Of a DNA stretch of 64,000 nucleotides, positions 37,897 through 51,324 are shown piece after piece; the first letter of the stretch is position 1; each line of letters opens with the position of its first letter. The notes below the pieces were generated by a model, which worked only from the letters and a program-made list of their open reading frames with translations, was not told the origin of the DNA and searched no databases. The stretch comes from Lytechinus pictus (Eukaryota). Location: contig NC_087245.1 in NCBI RefSeq assembly GCF_037042905.1, positions 21,392,001 through 21,456,000 on the forward strand. Direction: 5' to 3'. The translations under genes and the position numbers were made by a program.

Positions 37897-39299
37897 TTCA
37901 CAAAATAGAAAATACACTATTCATATATGATAATAAAGTACTACAGAAGGTTCATTGACTCTAAATTACCTTTGACCTTGATCATGTGACCTTAAGACTC
38001 ATGCAAGACGATCAGTGATACTTGATTCCTCTTATGTCCAGGTTTCATGAACTAGATCCACAAACTTTCAAATTTATAATGGCATTTCAACAAAATACAT
38101 GTACATGGACCCTCAACATGGTCTAAGTTCATTAATCCTCAATGACCTTTGACTTTAATTATGTGGCCCAAACTCCTGCAAAACGATCAGTGATACTTGA
38201 TTACTCTTACTTCAAAAACCCCGTTCTCATTACACTTTCTAAAACTAGTTTACTGGAAACCGGTCTGGAAGATCGCTTTGCTAGCGTTTCCATTTAATCA
38301 TGCGAAAGTGGTTTTCAAAATCACTTCACGTAAAGCGATCTTGCTGCTATGGGAACGCTCTCAGTGGGGTGACATGTTTCGCGTGAAATTCGAAACCGCA
38401 GCGTAGGCATTCTACATGTACACACAGTGTGTGGGGGTAGCGCGCTAAAAAATGTGCGAAGATTGCTCCTCGAAGAAAGGTTGTATCCTCACTTACGCTA
38501 TAACCAGTTTAACAAGGCAAAGCGATCTTGAAAACTACATCGTGAGGTGGTTTTATAAAACGGTTTGGAATATCACTTCAAAGATCGCTTCGGCCGTTCT
38601 CATACATGTTAAACATCATCCAATGATTTGCACTGGACGAACAATTGCAAATGTGTCGTTGTCCAGAGTCAAGAGATTCTGATGCTGTCCCAGTCCACCA
38701 ACTTTCGACAAAAGCCTCTCAGCTCTCCATTGTGATTTGACTTGTGGCATTGAAGAGAGTTTCCCTGTAGTAAATGCGAAAGTCTGGCGTGACAGCAAGA
38801 TCATGGAGAAAATTTCGAAAGATTATATGGGTTCCACCCTAATCTCGACCTTCCCATTAGAATAGAGTAAGTCCAACAACAGAGAAATCCCATATATCTA
38901 TGAAAACCTAATGATTGGAATTGTAAACCTTATAACCAAACCCACCAATGCATGCAACAAACTATTCACAAACTTTATGTGAAAAGAGAATTTTTTTAGT
39001 TCAGACTCTATTCAGGAGACTTTCATAAAGACACAGTGTGGTGTTGCCCCTCCACAAATCAGAAGAGAGGTGTCTGAACAGGTGGAGGGGGCCAAGCAGG
39101 GGGGGGGGCAAGCTTTTTAAACTCAGCCTAAACCAGGAGCCACATTTGAAGGCAAGTGGCTCCTGGTCCCCTTGATTTTTTGGATGACCAGACGCCACAT
39201 TGGTGGAACCGGGAGCCAAATGTTTTTTTTTTAATTCAGTCAGTTTGGATGCTTTAAATCTGTAAACTGTGCATCAAAAATCTTAGAACTGTATTAAGA

Positions 39300-39815
39300 T
39301 GGAGAAAGGGAAGAAGGACAAGAAGGAGAAGAAGGAGGAAGAAGAGGAGGAGAATAATTAAAAAGAAGAAGGGGGGGAGAATGTATTATGTATTATTTTC
39401 ACTTCAAAGATGACTCCTGGTGTACCTTGTAATAGTATTTTTATTTTGTCCATCATGACCAAAATAAAGAAAATAAAGAATGGGAGAAAGAAAGAAAAGT
39501 AGAAAGAAAGAAACAAAAGGAAGAAAGGTAGAAAGAAAGAGAAAGAGGAGGAAAGAAAGGAAGGAAAATGAAAGTATAAAAAAAGAAAGAAAAACAGAAA
39601 TAAAGCTAGAAAGATAAGAAAAAGAAAGGATGGAAGAAGGGATGAAAAAATAAAGAAAGAATAGAGAAAGAAACATAACAAAGAAAGGAAAGGGAGAAAG
39701 AATAGAAAAAAATAAGGGAAAATGAAAAAAGGATTTAAAGAAAAAAGGGGGGAACAGGCAATGAAAAAAGTGGAAGGATGGATGGAAGAAGAAATGAGGA
39801 AGGGGGAAATAATAA
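39300..39815. repeat. Purine-rich low-complexity tract (similar tracts at 50130-50550, 54115-54310, 60790-61160)
   Basis: GA/GAAA-rich composition. Confidence 0.9.
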
Positions 39816-40389
39816 AATACTACCCATTACTCGAGGCCAAATTTGGGTCAAATGGGGAACTTTTCTGTTCTGAGCAGTGATCAGCTGACGACCCATCGAT
39901 TCCCGGACGGTCTCCCACCGGCCACCGGCCTATTTTTACATGTAAGTAATCGCCAGGCCGATGACCGCTCAACAGCCTGTGATCCAACGAGTTCAATTTT
40001 TTACCTAAATTGTTCGATGATGACCGCTCGATTACGTCTGCGCCCAGACTGCGACCACCCAGGCACCAAGCGTATTTAGGGTGGCGAGTGAAAAGTGAGC
40101 AGGCGACGCCAGAATTTTAACTCCGCTCTAAATCTTGAGCGGCGACCGAGCAATGCCCCAAAATCAGTGGTGCCCGGACAGCTATCGACCGGTGCCCGGG
40201 CGAAATTGGCTAGAAATTCACTGCCCTGTCACCGAGCAGGCTAATTTGGGGGGTTGTGACCTTAGCCTTACTGGAGGAGTTACGGTATACATTTCTGAAT
40301 GGCCCGACCAGCAAGCAGTATCTAAAAACAAGAAGTTTTTCCCATGTAGTACTTTAATATATAGCATTTATGAGGCACTGATTTATCAA

Positions 40390-40623
40390 TTTTCCTATTC
40401 AATGGCGCACTACATATTATCCCAGCTGTAGCTCCAGCTTCTAAAGGTGCTTGGTGCATTCAAGGAATTAATCCTGCCAGGTACCCATCCACCTCACCAG
40501 GGTTGAGTGCAGCACAACGTGGATAAATTTCTTGCTGAAGGAAAACACGCCATGGCTGTGGTTCAAACCCACATCCCTCTCATTGAAAGACGAGATTCGT
40601 AACCACTATAAACCACTATGCCC
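40390..40623 (-). mobile_element. tRNA-derived SINE
   Basis: The minus strand has A/B-box-like motifs followed by ccttcagcaagaaatttatccac...tgggtacc, shared with 972-1165. Confidence 0.75.
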
Positions 40624-43600
40624 TTTCTGAGAATGAAAGTACAACTCTTGTTCAGACTCAAGAGTATTGTGGCAAGCGAACTGATTTTTTTAAACATATG
40701 GATAACAGTCTGGATATCTTGCTTCATTCCTCGGAAAAGAATGTGGGATGTTTATACACTGTACATTGTATGTTTATCATTGAATTGTCAGCAATCATAA
40801 TGTGAAGGTCATGTCGATTGAAATCAAATAGAACACAGCATGCAAGTGAGTAAAACACAAAGCATGTAAACAAAATGGACATGAAAACAACATGTCAACA
40901 ACTATAGCTGGCTTTGAAATGACCCTTATCATCTACTGTAATCAATTAAATATGTACAGATGTATTATACGATTAATCAATTTGTTTTTATCATAATATT
41001 CTTAGAGGTTAAATTGATTAATTAAAATGGTACTCAGAGCATGATTATGAACATACATTAACTGCATACAAGCCCGGATGATGCTTAGCAACACAGAGTT
41101 TTGTAAACTTTTTAGTAAATTTCTGTGTTTTCCATTAATTACAAGTAGTTGTATAATGTGGTACATATTACCAATGGTGCATGCACTTCAATCCACTTGT
41201 TTTTTCCCCTATGAATTATACAATAAAGTATTAAATTAGGCTTACCAGTAGTTGCTGATTTTGTTACTACATGTAAATAATGACATAATTCACAACAAGG
41301 TTTTTAGTCCTATTGTTCCTGGAAAAATTCCCCACTGTTGTAAATGCAGGTACTTAATAATATACCTCATATCACATACATGTATTATATACAACTTTAA
41401 CTGCCTGATGATTTCATTTCATAAAATACCAGCAGTAATGTTCTTATAATCAGTTGAACGTAAAAGCTTTATTTTTCAAATGACCTCTTTCAAAAATCAT
41501 TTTATAAAAAATAAGGTATTTTTATCATATTCATTTACTTCATGATGTCAAGATGTGTTCTTATACATGTAACACTGTATTTCTTATTTATAAACATCAT
41601 ATATATTTTTCATAAGTAATTGAATGGTGAAGATTTTCTTCTCTTCTTGAGATACAAAAGTAAATGCATGAAAATGCAAGGAATGAATCCAATCAATACA
41701 GATATTGATGAAGAGTATGAAGTTTCTAAGTTCTTAAATTTTGAACCAATGCTTCAACAAAAATGAAAAAAAGGGCTTAAAGGCTTTTCAGAGTATGATA
41801 ATCTGCCACGAATATAGGTTATTTGCTTTTTTTTATGTGGTCATAATGATGAAATCAATAGTTTTATGTTAACAAATGAATTTATATGGTGAACCTGACC
41901 TATAAAGGGGAAAAAAGAAAAACATAAATTTGGTGAAAGTTTGAAAGAAAATCATTATTACTACCAGTATTCGAAAAGGCGGATCACTAAGACTGTGTGA
42001 ACTTAAAAATTGCCAAGTTATTATGGCATAGGTTAGAGTAGGCCAATAACTTATCAATTTGCTTTTTACTCAATTATCAGAAATCACATTTTTCTCTTTT
42101 AAGCATCTTTCCCAACCATGTATGGTAACCCCCAAATAACACATTTTCATATTTTCTCACAAAATAAAATAGCATTCTGAGTAAACCTTAAAATAAATAG
42201 TCAATTTGTTATCAAAGGGAAATTGCCTATATACACCACAATGACATCAGCTATGCAGCCAATTCGAAATCATACATTGGAGGTTTATATATTTAATATA
42301 AAATCATCATGATTTTCTTATTGCTTGTCTGCTTTTATTCTCTTATTTTCTTTTTATTTACTTTACAATTTAGATTGCTCTTTAACCTTCCAATCACAAC
42401 AGGCATTTTACCTGAACCTGACCATTTAAAAATGGCTGTAAGTCATTCCAGCATTTATGATTGTAGAAAGTATGTTGAAAAATATGTGTCATATATGAAT
42501 TGAATTGAATGAGATTTACCCCCTGCTTTCCAAAATTCTTGAACATATAAAATATAAACAACTTATAATGCTCAATGACATTTTACTAGATAATTATGAT
42601 AATTATTCCTATACTCTACAGACATACATGTACATGTAGAAATATAGCTGTTTTTATAACCCTTTTCACTCCCATTTTATATATTTTTTTAAAATCAACA
42701 TTTCAGTTAAACAAAGTATCAATTGCTTGCTTACTTACTTACTTTTAAGAGGGCTAATTTGTTACAGTACACTCTGGCCCAAATGTCATCTGAACATAAC
42801 TTTTTAACAGTACATGTAAGTCTATAATGCACACAGTATGTGTGCATTGAGCTGTGGAACAGTCTTGGATCTTAAATTAAACAATAATTGTAAAAATGTA
42901 TTTCCAGATCTGCAAATCTGTGTACATTAACTTGTCACAAATTCGCTGAAGTGTAAAATCTTTTTTCCTTGTCTTTACTAGTGATCACGAGTGCCACAAA
43001 CAAGAACACTACAGGGGAAATACTGTCCACTTAATGTACATTTAAGCCCATTGGCGTGTACATCAGTGTACACAAAATCACCAGAGAATCTAGTCTGTCC
43101 CTATAGTGTCTGTCTTTGATCCTGATCACATGTTCCTAACATCAACGTATGTCATTTCCAGTCAGTGCACATGTACACTACAATGACAACTATTTGACAG
43201 AAAATTACTCTGGTAATTCAGTCTGAACTTCTTATTTAACCTTCTTTTTTCATGAAATAAGTTTTTGAAAGCACTTAGCTTTGTCAGAAGTACCCAGACC
43301 TCAATATGTGCATTTTCATGGCAAATTTAGAATACAGTATTGGAAAGCAGAATTTGAACGGGATAATGTGCGGCAAACAAGTCCAACGTTACATATTAAG
43401 AGCCAAGCATAAAAGCCGCTTGACTTTATGAAGAGTAACCTTGCATTTGCCATTGACTCTTTCTCTCCAAAACCCATACAAACTGGATATTTATTGAGAA
43501 AGTGTGGTTCGCACTCCCCCCCCCCCCCCCAAACAGTAGTAGTCGAGGTCTTGATCAACACCCTGAAATTAAAAAAAAGAAAAATGGGAGGAAAAGGGAG

Positions 43601-43927
43601 AAGAGAAGGGATCAAACCTCCAACTGAAAACTCTGGCTAAGGGCCTGCACCTGTAGTTAGTATATCATGTATGTAGACATCCATTTTTGGATAATATTGT
43701 TATTGTCTGTGTGTTTGTGTGTACATGGAGTATATAACCAAACGTCCAAAGTCATTTCAAGGACAAAAGCCATTTCCCCCTTATTTTACATACATGCAAT
43801 GACAATAGCAAATTAGCAAATTATATAAAGTTAACAGTAAACCAAATGCTTATTTGCTTGTGTTATATACAACTATCCTATTAATTTTATCAGCAATGTT
43901 TATGTCCCCTGACATATTATACATTAC

Positions 43928-44017
43928 CTGTGTGTGATTCCCAACTGGTTCGCCCACACTATCGCCTGCTTCCAGATCGCGCGGTGACAGATGACCGGCA
44001 GCAGTAGATCTCGCCAT
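43928..44017 (-). CDS. CACNB: Candidate first coding exon of voltage-gated calcium channel beta subunit (MARSTAAGHLSPRDLEAGDSVGEPVGNHTQ)
   Basis: ATG in good Kozak context (acgATGG) at the edge of a CpG-rich region, 30 open codons, phase-0 donor CAG|gtaatg compatible with the phase-0 exon at 15241. Linkage across the 28.7 kb intron is inferred. Confidence 0.7.
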
Positions 44018-44520
44018 CGTTAGGGACTCAATTTTCCCTCAGATATGCACGAAATGCTACCACATTGCTCCACGTAATACTCTAAAGATCCTCATTTCTC
44101 TCAAATTTCTACCAAAACGTCCCGATTATATGTGTCCCACGGCCGAAACTTGTCCAAAGAAAGTGACGCCTATATCTTCCAATAGCGTATCATCGCTGTG
44201 TTATTATGTACCTACATTGACGGCGGTCTCTCACAGTGCACTTCCATGTACCGCTATTATGCATTGCATTCTCGCGTACACTTCACTTGCAGCAAAACAG
44301 TATGGCTGCTGGAGTACGATACCACTTTCTAACGGGGGTGTCGCAAGTGGCGTCTTTCTCCCTTATTGCATTGGTAGCTATGCTTTTTTTTTTGGAATGC
44401 GCCTATACACAACGTGCATTCCCGATCCCCGTGGCGTCAACGTTCAAAAGTAAATCGCTTCGAAGTGATTGGGATATTACGCGTAATTCATCTGATGGAC
44501 GGAATTACAGCACTCTGAAT
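44018..44520 (-). promoter_or_regulatory. CpG-rich 5'UTR/promoter region of CACNB
   Basis: Sharp rise in CpG density immediately upstream of the ATG exon compared with the CpG-poor intron. Confidence 0.55.
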
Positions 44521-46119
44521 TAAACAACAAATTTATGTAGTAGTATTTTGAACTCGGATTTAAACTTGTAATTTGTAAAGGCTTTAATGATTGTCAAAAT
44601 ATATTTTCCGAAACATGACGGTCACAATAAGAAGATCCTTAGACGGATTAAGATGTGGGTGGGGCGTGGGGAGAAGCCTTGCGGGGGCGTACGCTTTCCC
44701 CGAATTTCTGGAGAATGTGTAGGACAGAAGCTAGATGCTATTTATAGATATGTGTAATTTTTGACAGAATTATTATTAGATATTGCAGATAAAATGATTG
44801 TGACCTAACTTGCTTTGCAATCAGCCTGTGCAATGGCCCGCTTGTCGGTCATCAGATCAGCATTGTGCAAATGGCAAGGCTAGACACGCTGGATTTATGC
44901 AAATCAGAGGCGGATCCAGCATTTCATTAGTTAAATTAGGGGTACAAAAAGTTGGTCGATTTATTCACAAGGAAAAGGTGTTCTCACCGTCTCACGCCAT
45001 AAAAGGGCATAACTGCCCACACCCCACCAGAAAAATACATAAATAACGAGGTAGATTGATGGGTAGATAGATAAATAGAAAGATAGATAGATAGATAGAT
45101 AGAATAAAAAACAAGTAAATAGAATAAAAAATAAGTAAATAAATCAACATGTTAATAAATATGTAAATCAGTCAATAAATAAATAAATAAGTAAAGTGAT
45201 AGTCGGACACCCGAAAGAAAATACTTTTGTTTAATTTTTTTCTGTGTCTCAGTCAAGTCATGCTTAGTTATACCACTAACTTGTCAACTCTCTCAGTATA
45301 ATAAGTGGGGTAATCATTGCAATGGTGCAGAAAAGGCCAAATATTATAAAGTCACTTTGAAAAGAATTAACACTTATTTGCTTTTACTGTGATATAGCCT
45401 CTCAGACTGCAAGCTGATCTTCCCCCTTTTTAAGCATAACATAATCTGCGTTAATCTATACTCTGCTTGCTTGACAAGCATGCAGAATGTCCTATCAACC
45501 AACAAAAGGGACTTTGTTTATTAGGAATCTCATCATAACCAAGCCATCAATGTCACATACCCGGTGAAATTGTGTTTCCATAAAACAAAAATAATGACAA
45601 ACGACCAAGTGTATTCAACCAGTACCTAATTCAGAAAAATCTTTCAGAAAAAAAATCACAAAAATTGATCCCCATGTATATACTATAGATCTAGGCTTAC
45701 TTTGGTAACTGGTTGGCATATTTTATCAAAACTATATCATCATAATCACTATAAAGACTAGTAAAAGTTTTTTTTTTAAGAAAACGTATGGTGTCTATCC
45801 TCCTGATTGCCTAATTATGATCACCTTCAACAAATTGAACAAATTGTATTGAATTGAATTGAATTATTAGAGATATCCTGCGTTTAAAATCTATCCCCCT
45901 TCATCTTGCATAACAATAAAAATAATGTATAGTTATAAATTAAAATGTTTTGTTATCATGGTAGGTTATACAATATGTAATGAAATGACCATGATTCGAC
46001 TTGTTGAATGTCTGCACGATTGCATTTTCACTTTGCAAAGTGGGAATCCCATGTCTTCGTTGTTGTTGAATTTCTTCGCCTATATTGATCTGTGCACCTA
46101 AGCTTAGGTTTGTGCTTAA

Positions 46120-46570
46120 AGGGAAAGTTCACCCTGATATTACGTTTATTATAGAAATAGGAGAAAAAAATGATAAAAATTATAGATGAAGGTTTGAAGA
46201 AAATCCATAAAAGATTTAAACAGTTATTAGAATTTTTGTGACGTCATATGCGAGCAGCTTCCCATGTATCGTGAATGTAAAAAAAAATCAATAAGATATC
46301 GTTTTATAAAGAAATTTAAAATGCATATCAACAAATTATCTCACACCCGCTCCTGAAAGAAGACATTTTTAATTCATCACGAACAATTAAGAAATGGAAA
46401 TTTATGCATTTTACATAACATATTGGGCAGCTGCTCGTTTACATGACGTCACAAATAAAAAAAAATTCTTATAACTTTCTTAATCTTTAATGGATTTTCC
46501 TCAAACTTTCTTCAAATTTTCTTTTATGCTATTTTTTACAACAAACTTTTCGTCAGGGTGAAATTCCCCT
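46120..46570. mobile_element. Kolobok-type MITE, family B
   Basis: TTAA TSDs; AGGGAAAGTTCACCCTGA / TCAGGGTGAAATTCCCCT. Confidence 0.8.
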
Positions 46571-49500
46571 TTAAAAACATTTCAGATACACCTTTAAAAA
46601 ATCAATTTGTGTAGTCAACGTCAGTAACAAACAAGCATATACATTACACATGTCACTTATTACCCTTTTCACAAGCCATATTTGGGCTAAGTGGAGGGAA
46701 GGGGGGGGCAGGGGCGTACACGATCAGGAAATACATTTGCCGAAATCCATCATTGATTACATATAAGCCAATTTCAAAAGTCAGTTGTAATGGTGGAAGT
46801 CCTTAATTAAGAATAAAAATTTGCCAAGATAGAAAATTCTGTCGGGGCTACATCTCCTTATTCCTAAAATTCAAATACACAAAAGGTTTTATATTCCGAA
46901 TGTTCGTTAATCCAAAGGTTCCTTTATTCGAAAACAAAATCACTTTTTTTATTCCAAAGTTTCGTTAATCCGAAGACAATATAAGATTTGCTTTTCCATA
47001 CGGCATGTATGGTTGATAGTGAGAAAATTAAGTAAAGTTCGTATAGAAGTAATTCATAAACCATTTTTTTTTGGGGGGGTGGGGTGGGGTAATCAAAACC
47101 ATTTTCGGCAAATCAAAGGTGATGATGATGATGATTATGATGAACATCATTTGTATAGCGCCATTTATCTGTAAAAAACATCGAAGGCGCCGGTTACCAA
47201 ATATGTCATATATCATTCACAAAGTAAAGTGGGCATGCTTATATTTTATATCACCATACTACAGTTGTTTAAAACTTTCGAGGTACCATTTTCTGAATAT
47301 CATTTTATTCTAAGAATAAATATTGATATTTACGAAGGAGACATGTCCTCTAGGTAACAGAACGGGTCAATCGAATCAATGACGTAATGATAAAAAGAAA
47401 AAACAGAACATGGGGTATGAAGCAAAATTTCTTAAATGTCCCGAGCTAGCAAAGCGAGCGAACGAAACATCTAATATTTTTTAATTGAAAAATTAATTTT
47501 GTGATAGATTTCGACATAAAATTCAGAAAACATATCACATGCCACTCTTTTTCTGTCTTTTCTTCCCTTTTCTATTTTTTTCTAGGTCGTGGTACCTTTT
47601 TGATGTCCTTAAGCCCCAATTATAATCAGTAAATAGAATCCGTTCACCCGGTATATCATAGGAAACTTAATGTTGAAGAAAAATATTTTATTTCATTGTA
47701 TTGTATTAATTACCTCTACGATATACAGCAAAACCCTGAATAATAATCTGATAAAAAAAACCGATGATAAATTAAACTGTTAAATTGGGATGCACGTGGT
47801 AGCAACATAATATAATTGAGAATTCGCAGGGGAGTAGATAATAGTTCTACATCTTTGTAAGATAATAATTCCACTATTACGCTCATGCCTGTTAATACTA
47901 TACCCCTACATTTGAATGGACTCTTCTCGCTTTGAAAACCCTCTCATTTGCGTCATTACACACTAGAGACACATGCAGGCAAGTCATTTGGTATTCGGCT
48001 CGGTGTGGTAGGATGTCTGTTTTAGGCGCCTCGTCGGAGTAAGGATTATACCGCTTAAATCTATAAAACGTATTTTTAAACAATATCAGAACTAATAACA
48101 ACTGTCTTTTTCCAAGAATGAACATTTAACATGATGTGCACCGATTGAACATATTGAAATATTTCAATCGACGTTTGTTGAAACTTAGAGAGTGAATATG
48201 CTTAAATTACCGTGCTGTTCTCTAATTGAATATTGCACCTGCTCTCCTTTTATCGAGAAAACCTTATCCAGCACTGAAGAGATTTATTTATGAAGAAAGT
48301 TAATTTTAAACTGAATTAGGATGCACTGTGTACCAAATCTTGTGCGTAAGTACAGAGAGAAAACAACAATCAGTTGTGCGTGGATACAAAGGAGGCATAA
48401 TTCATAGCATATTAATGGAATACATTTTTTACTAGTCTTCAGGTCGACAGAAAGGAAACATACACAAATCACTTGTTCATAAAAATGATTCAATTAAAGT
48501 TTTACTTATTTGCTTTCCATACTCGAGAATAAAAGGTGATAATCAAAATACGTGTTTATAGATATTGTGATTTTCCTTGTAAAAGGACAAAGGGATAGAT
48601 TTTTCTTTTTTTCAAGACAGGTTGTGTGTGTGTGTGTGTGTGTGTGAGGGTGTGTGTGTAATCGAGTTTATTCAGACGTGTATTAATCAGTTATGATTAT
48701 TTACGTCTGGACCGACCATCCAAGTGACGTGACCAGGGCTCGACTATCTCCCCACATAGCTTGGATTACAGGCTCACTCCATAACGCCCAGTGTGTTATT
48801 TTGTGTGATGAAGAACCGAGATGGGGGCAAGCAATCTCGAGCATGGTATATCCAAAAAGTTGATAAGCTGAAAGTGTCCGCCACAATATATAGAGTAGTC
48901 TAGTCTACTACCCGCTGAATTATGATTTTTCGCACTGCGACGCAGAACGGACTCAAAAATCTAGAAAACGTGTTGTCAAAATGCCCTTCAAGTTCATGAC
49001 AAAGAGCAACCAAGAAGTCTTTGTCGCAAACTGGTTAATCAGAAGAGCAGTTCCATCCTGGACTCTGGACAAACGATAAATTTAAATTTTTCGTCAGCTC
49101 TGAAAATGAGGACGAAACTGCTTTTCCGGTTCATCAATTTTTGACAAAGATCAGCCAGCTGTACAACAAATGAAGACGGGGCGGATTGAGGTCAGCCTAT
49201 CTTGATGGCGAAGCACGGGGGGGGGGGGTTAAAATACATGTTTATCATACCGGGTGTTTGTTTGCTGAATCCTTTTATAAACAGGATTAAGGCCCAATTT
49301 ACCGATATAGAAGAATGTCGCCAATAATCTTTATCTAGGTTAGTCTGGAAAGGAGAGGTTATACATGAAATATATCAAAGGGATTTTTTTTTCATGAGTT
49401 GTATTGGCGGATAAACGATTCATCCAGATGACCCTAATAATGCCTAATCTGTTGATAGAACGCTCTTTGTTGCATCTAAATAGTTGGTTATTTTCTCTTC

Positions 49501-49630
49501 ATCTAATCTCTTGCAGTTCATGTATTTATATCATATACATGTTTATACTATTTTTGACATTTTATTTCGTCTTGTTCTTTTATAATTTTCTCTTTATATT
49601 CCATGAATGCTTTGAGAAAATGCATGTCCG

Positions 49631-49872
49631 CATTGCAAAAACACCGGTGTTGATTTAACACCAGCCCGAAATCTATTATGTCCACACCAGAGAAGTGTTA
49701 AACAACACCAGCTTAGTTTTGGTCTAACACCAGATAGGTGTTTATACAACACCATTTTTTTATTAAAACAGCATTGGTTTGATTCCAAACTGGTACTGTT
49801 TCAATACTTCTCTGGTGTGGACATATATAGATTCCGGGCTGGTGTTAAATTAACACCTGAGTTTTTGCAGTG
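49631..49872. mobile_element. EnSpm/CACTA-like MITE
   Basis: CATTGCAAAAAC / GTTTTTGCAGTG, CG TSD, AACACCAG subrepeats. Confidence 0.8.
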
Positions 49873-51324
49873 CGGTTCTCCATTTTATTTTAATACCCTA
49901 GTGTATAGTAATTATTTTATGTTTTTTTTTACAATATAGTCCTAACTATATTGTAAAAAAAAAACGAAATGAGAATGCCCCCCCCCCTAAAAAACCCACA
50001 AAAAACCAACAATGAGAGTTGCAAATGTCAGAGATCATCATAGATCATCATATATACACTTGTTATAAAATCAGGACATTTGTGGAAAAATCAGTTGGCT
50101 GGACAAGAGAAATATGTATGGAAGTAAAAAAAGACGAGAGTGCATCAGAGAGAGAGAGAAAGGGGGGGGGGGAGATAAAGGGTGGGTGAGGAAGAGGTGG
50201 ATGAGAACGAGAAGGAGGAGAGGATGGGGTAGGCCTCCTAGTTAAAAGATGGCCTGATAGTAGAAAGGGGGAGAGGAAGAGTGAGAGAGGGGGTAGGCCT
50301 GCAGCTAGCCGAAAGATGGCCTGATTGGAGAGAGAGAGAAAAATAAGAGGGGGGGGGGGGGAGAAAGGTTGTGCAGAGATTCGTCGCATGAAAGTCTGTT
50401 CGGAGGGAGTAATATGGGGAGAGGCAGAGGGTATAAAGAAAATAGAGTAAGGTTAGTGTGTGGGTAAGAAGAGAGACACAGATATTGAGAGGGTGAAATA
50501 GAAAGAGAAGAAAGAAAGAAAAAGAGAGAGAGAGAGAGTGAGAAATACATGGACACGTATCAAAAAGCAGATTCTGACGTCACAAATTTGCATAACTGAC
50601 GCAAGCGGTGAACCCGGTGCGAGCTATCTTTAGAAACAAACGTCTGACAGCCACATAATGAAACATTTCTCTACCAGGTATAGATTTATATGTATACACA
50701 TACAAAATGCGTGAAAAATCCTTTTGTGTCCTAGGCTTGCTGAATCATTATTACTGTATATAGGCCTACGTGTAGATTCGGGAAGTATAAATTCCTCTAT
50801 ATCCAGGAAGATAATTAAAATGACAAAGTAGAAAATAACCATAAAGTAAACAGCTTGTTGGATCTTTTTTCCCTTCCACAAAAGCAAATACATGTACGTT
50901 TGTATACTTGTACAAATTCATAAATGTGCAGGCCCGCCAAAACCCATGAACAGTATTACTAAACACCAGTGTAATGAGTTGACCTAGATGTGTCTTTCCC
51001 GGGCATTATGGGTGGAGCGGCGTTAATGCAGTGATGCAGGAAATTCTAAAATTTTGTCATTTTATCATTAATTAATTACTTGTATAGAATTCCCAAATAT
51101 TAATCACTAATAATAATTTAGCATGTGTTTAGAACAGAATAATCGCTACATTTGTTGTGAACAAATAGAATGTTGAATTCTTTGGTTGTGAATTGGGCCA
51201 TCTCATGAGATTCAAGGTTCGGTGGAACGTTGGGAGGGGTGGAAGAAGATGTAAGATGGGTAGTAGTCGAGGTACGTAGTTGCAATAACGGTATGTAGTG
51301 GCACACGAAAGAGGAGCAGGAGTA

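Noticed and set aside
39358..39681. Phe/Leu/Ser-rich 'membrane protein' ORFs (also 50063-50556, 54014-54377, 60621-61058)
   Set aside because: They are the antisense of purine-rich low-complexity tracts.
40540..40623. tRNA-like sequence
   Set aside because: The cloverleaf is degenerate and runs directly into a SINE core, so it is a SINE head.
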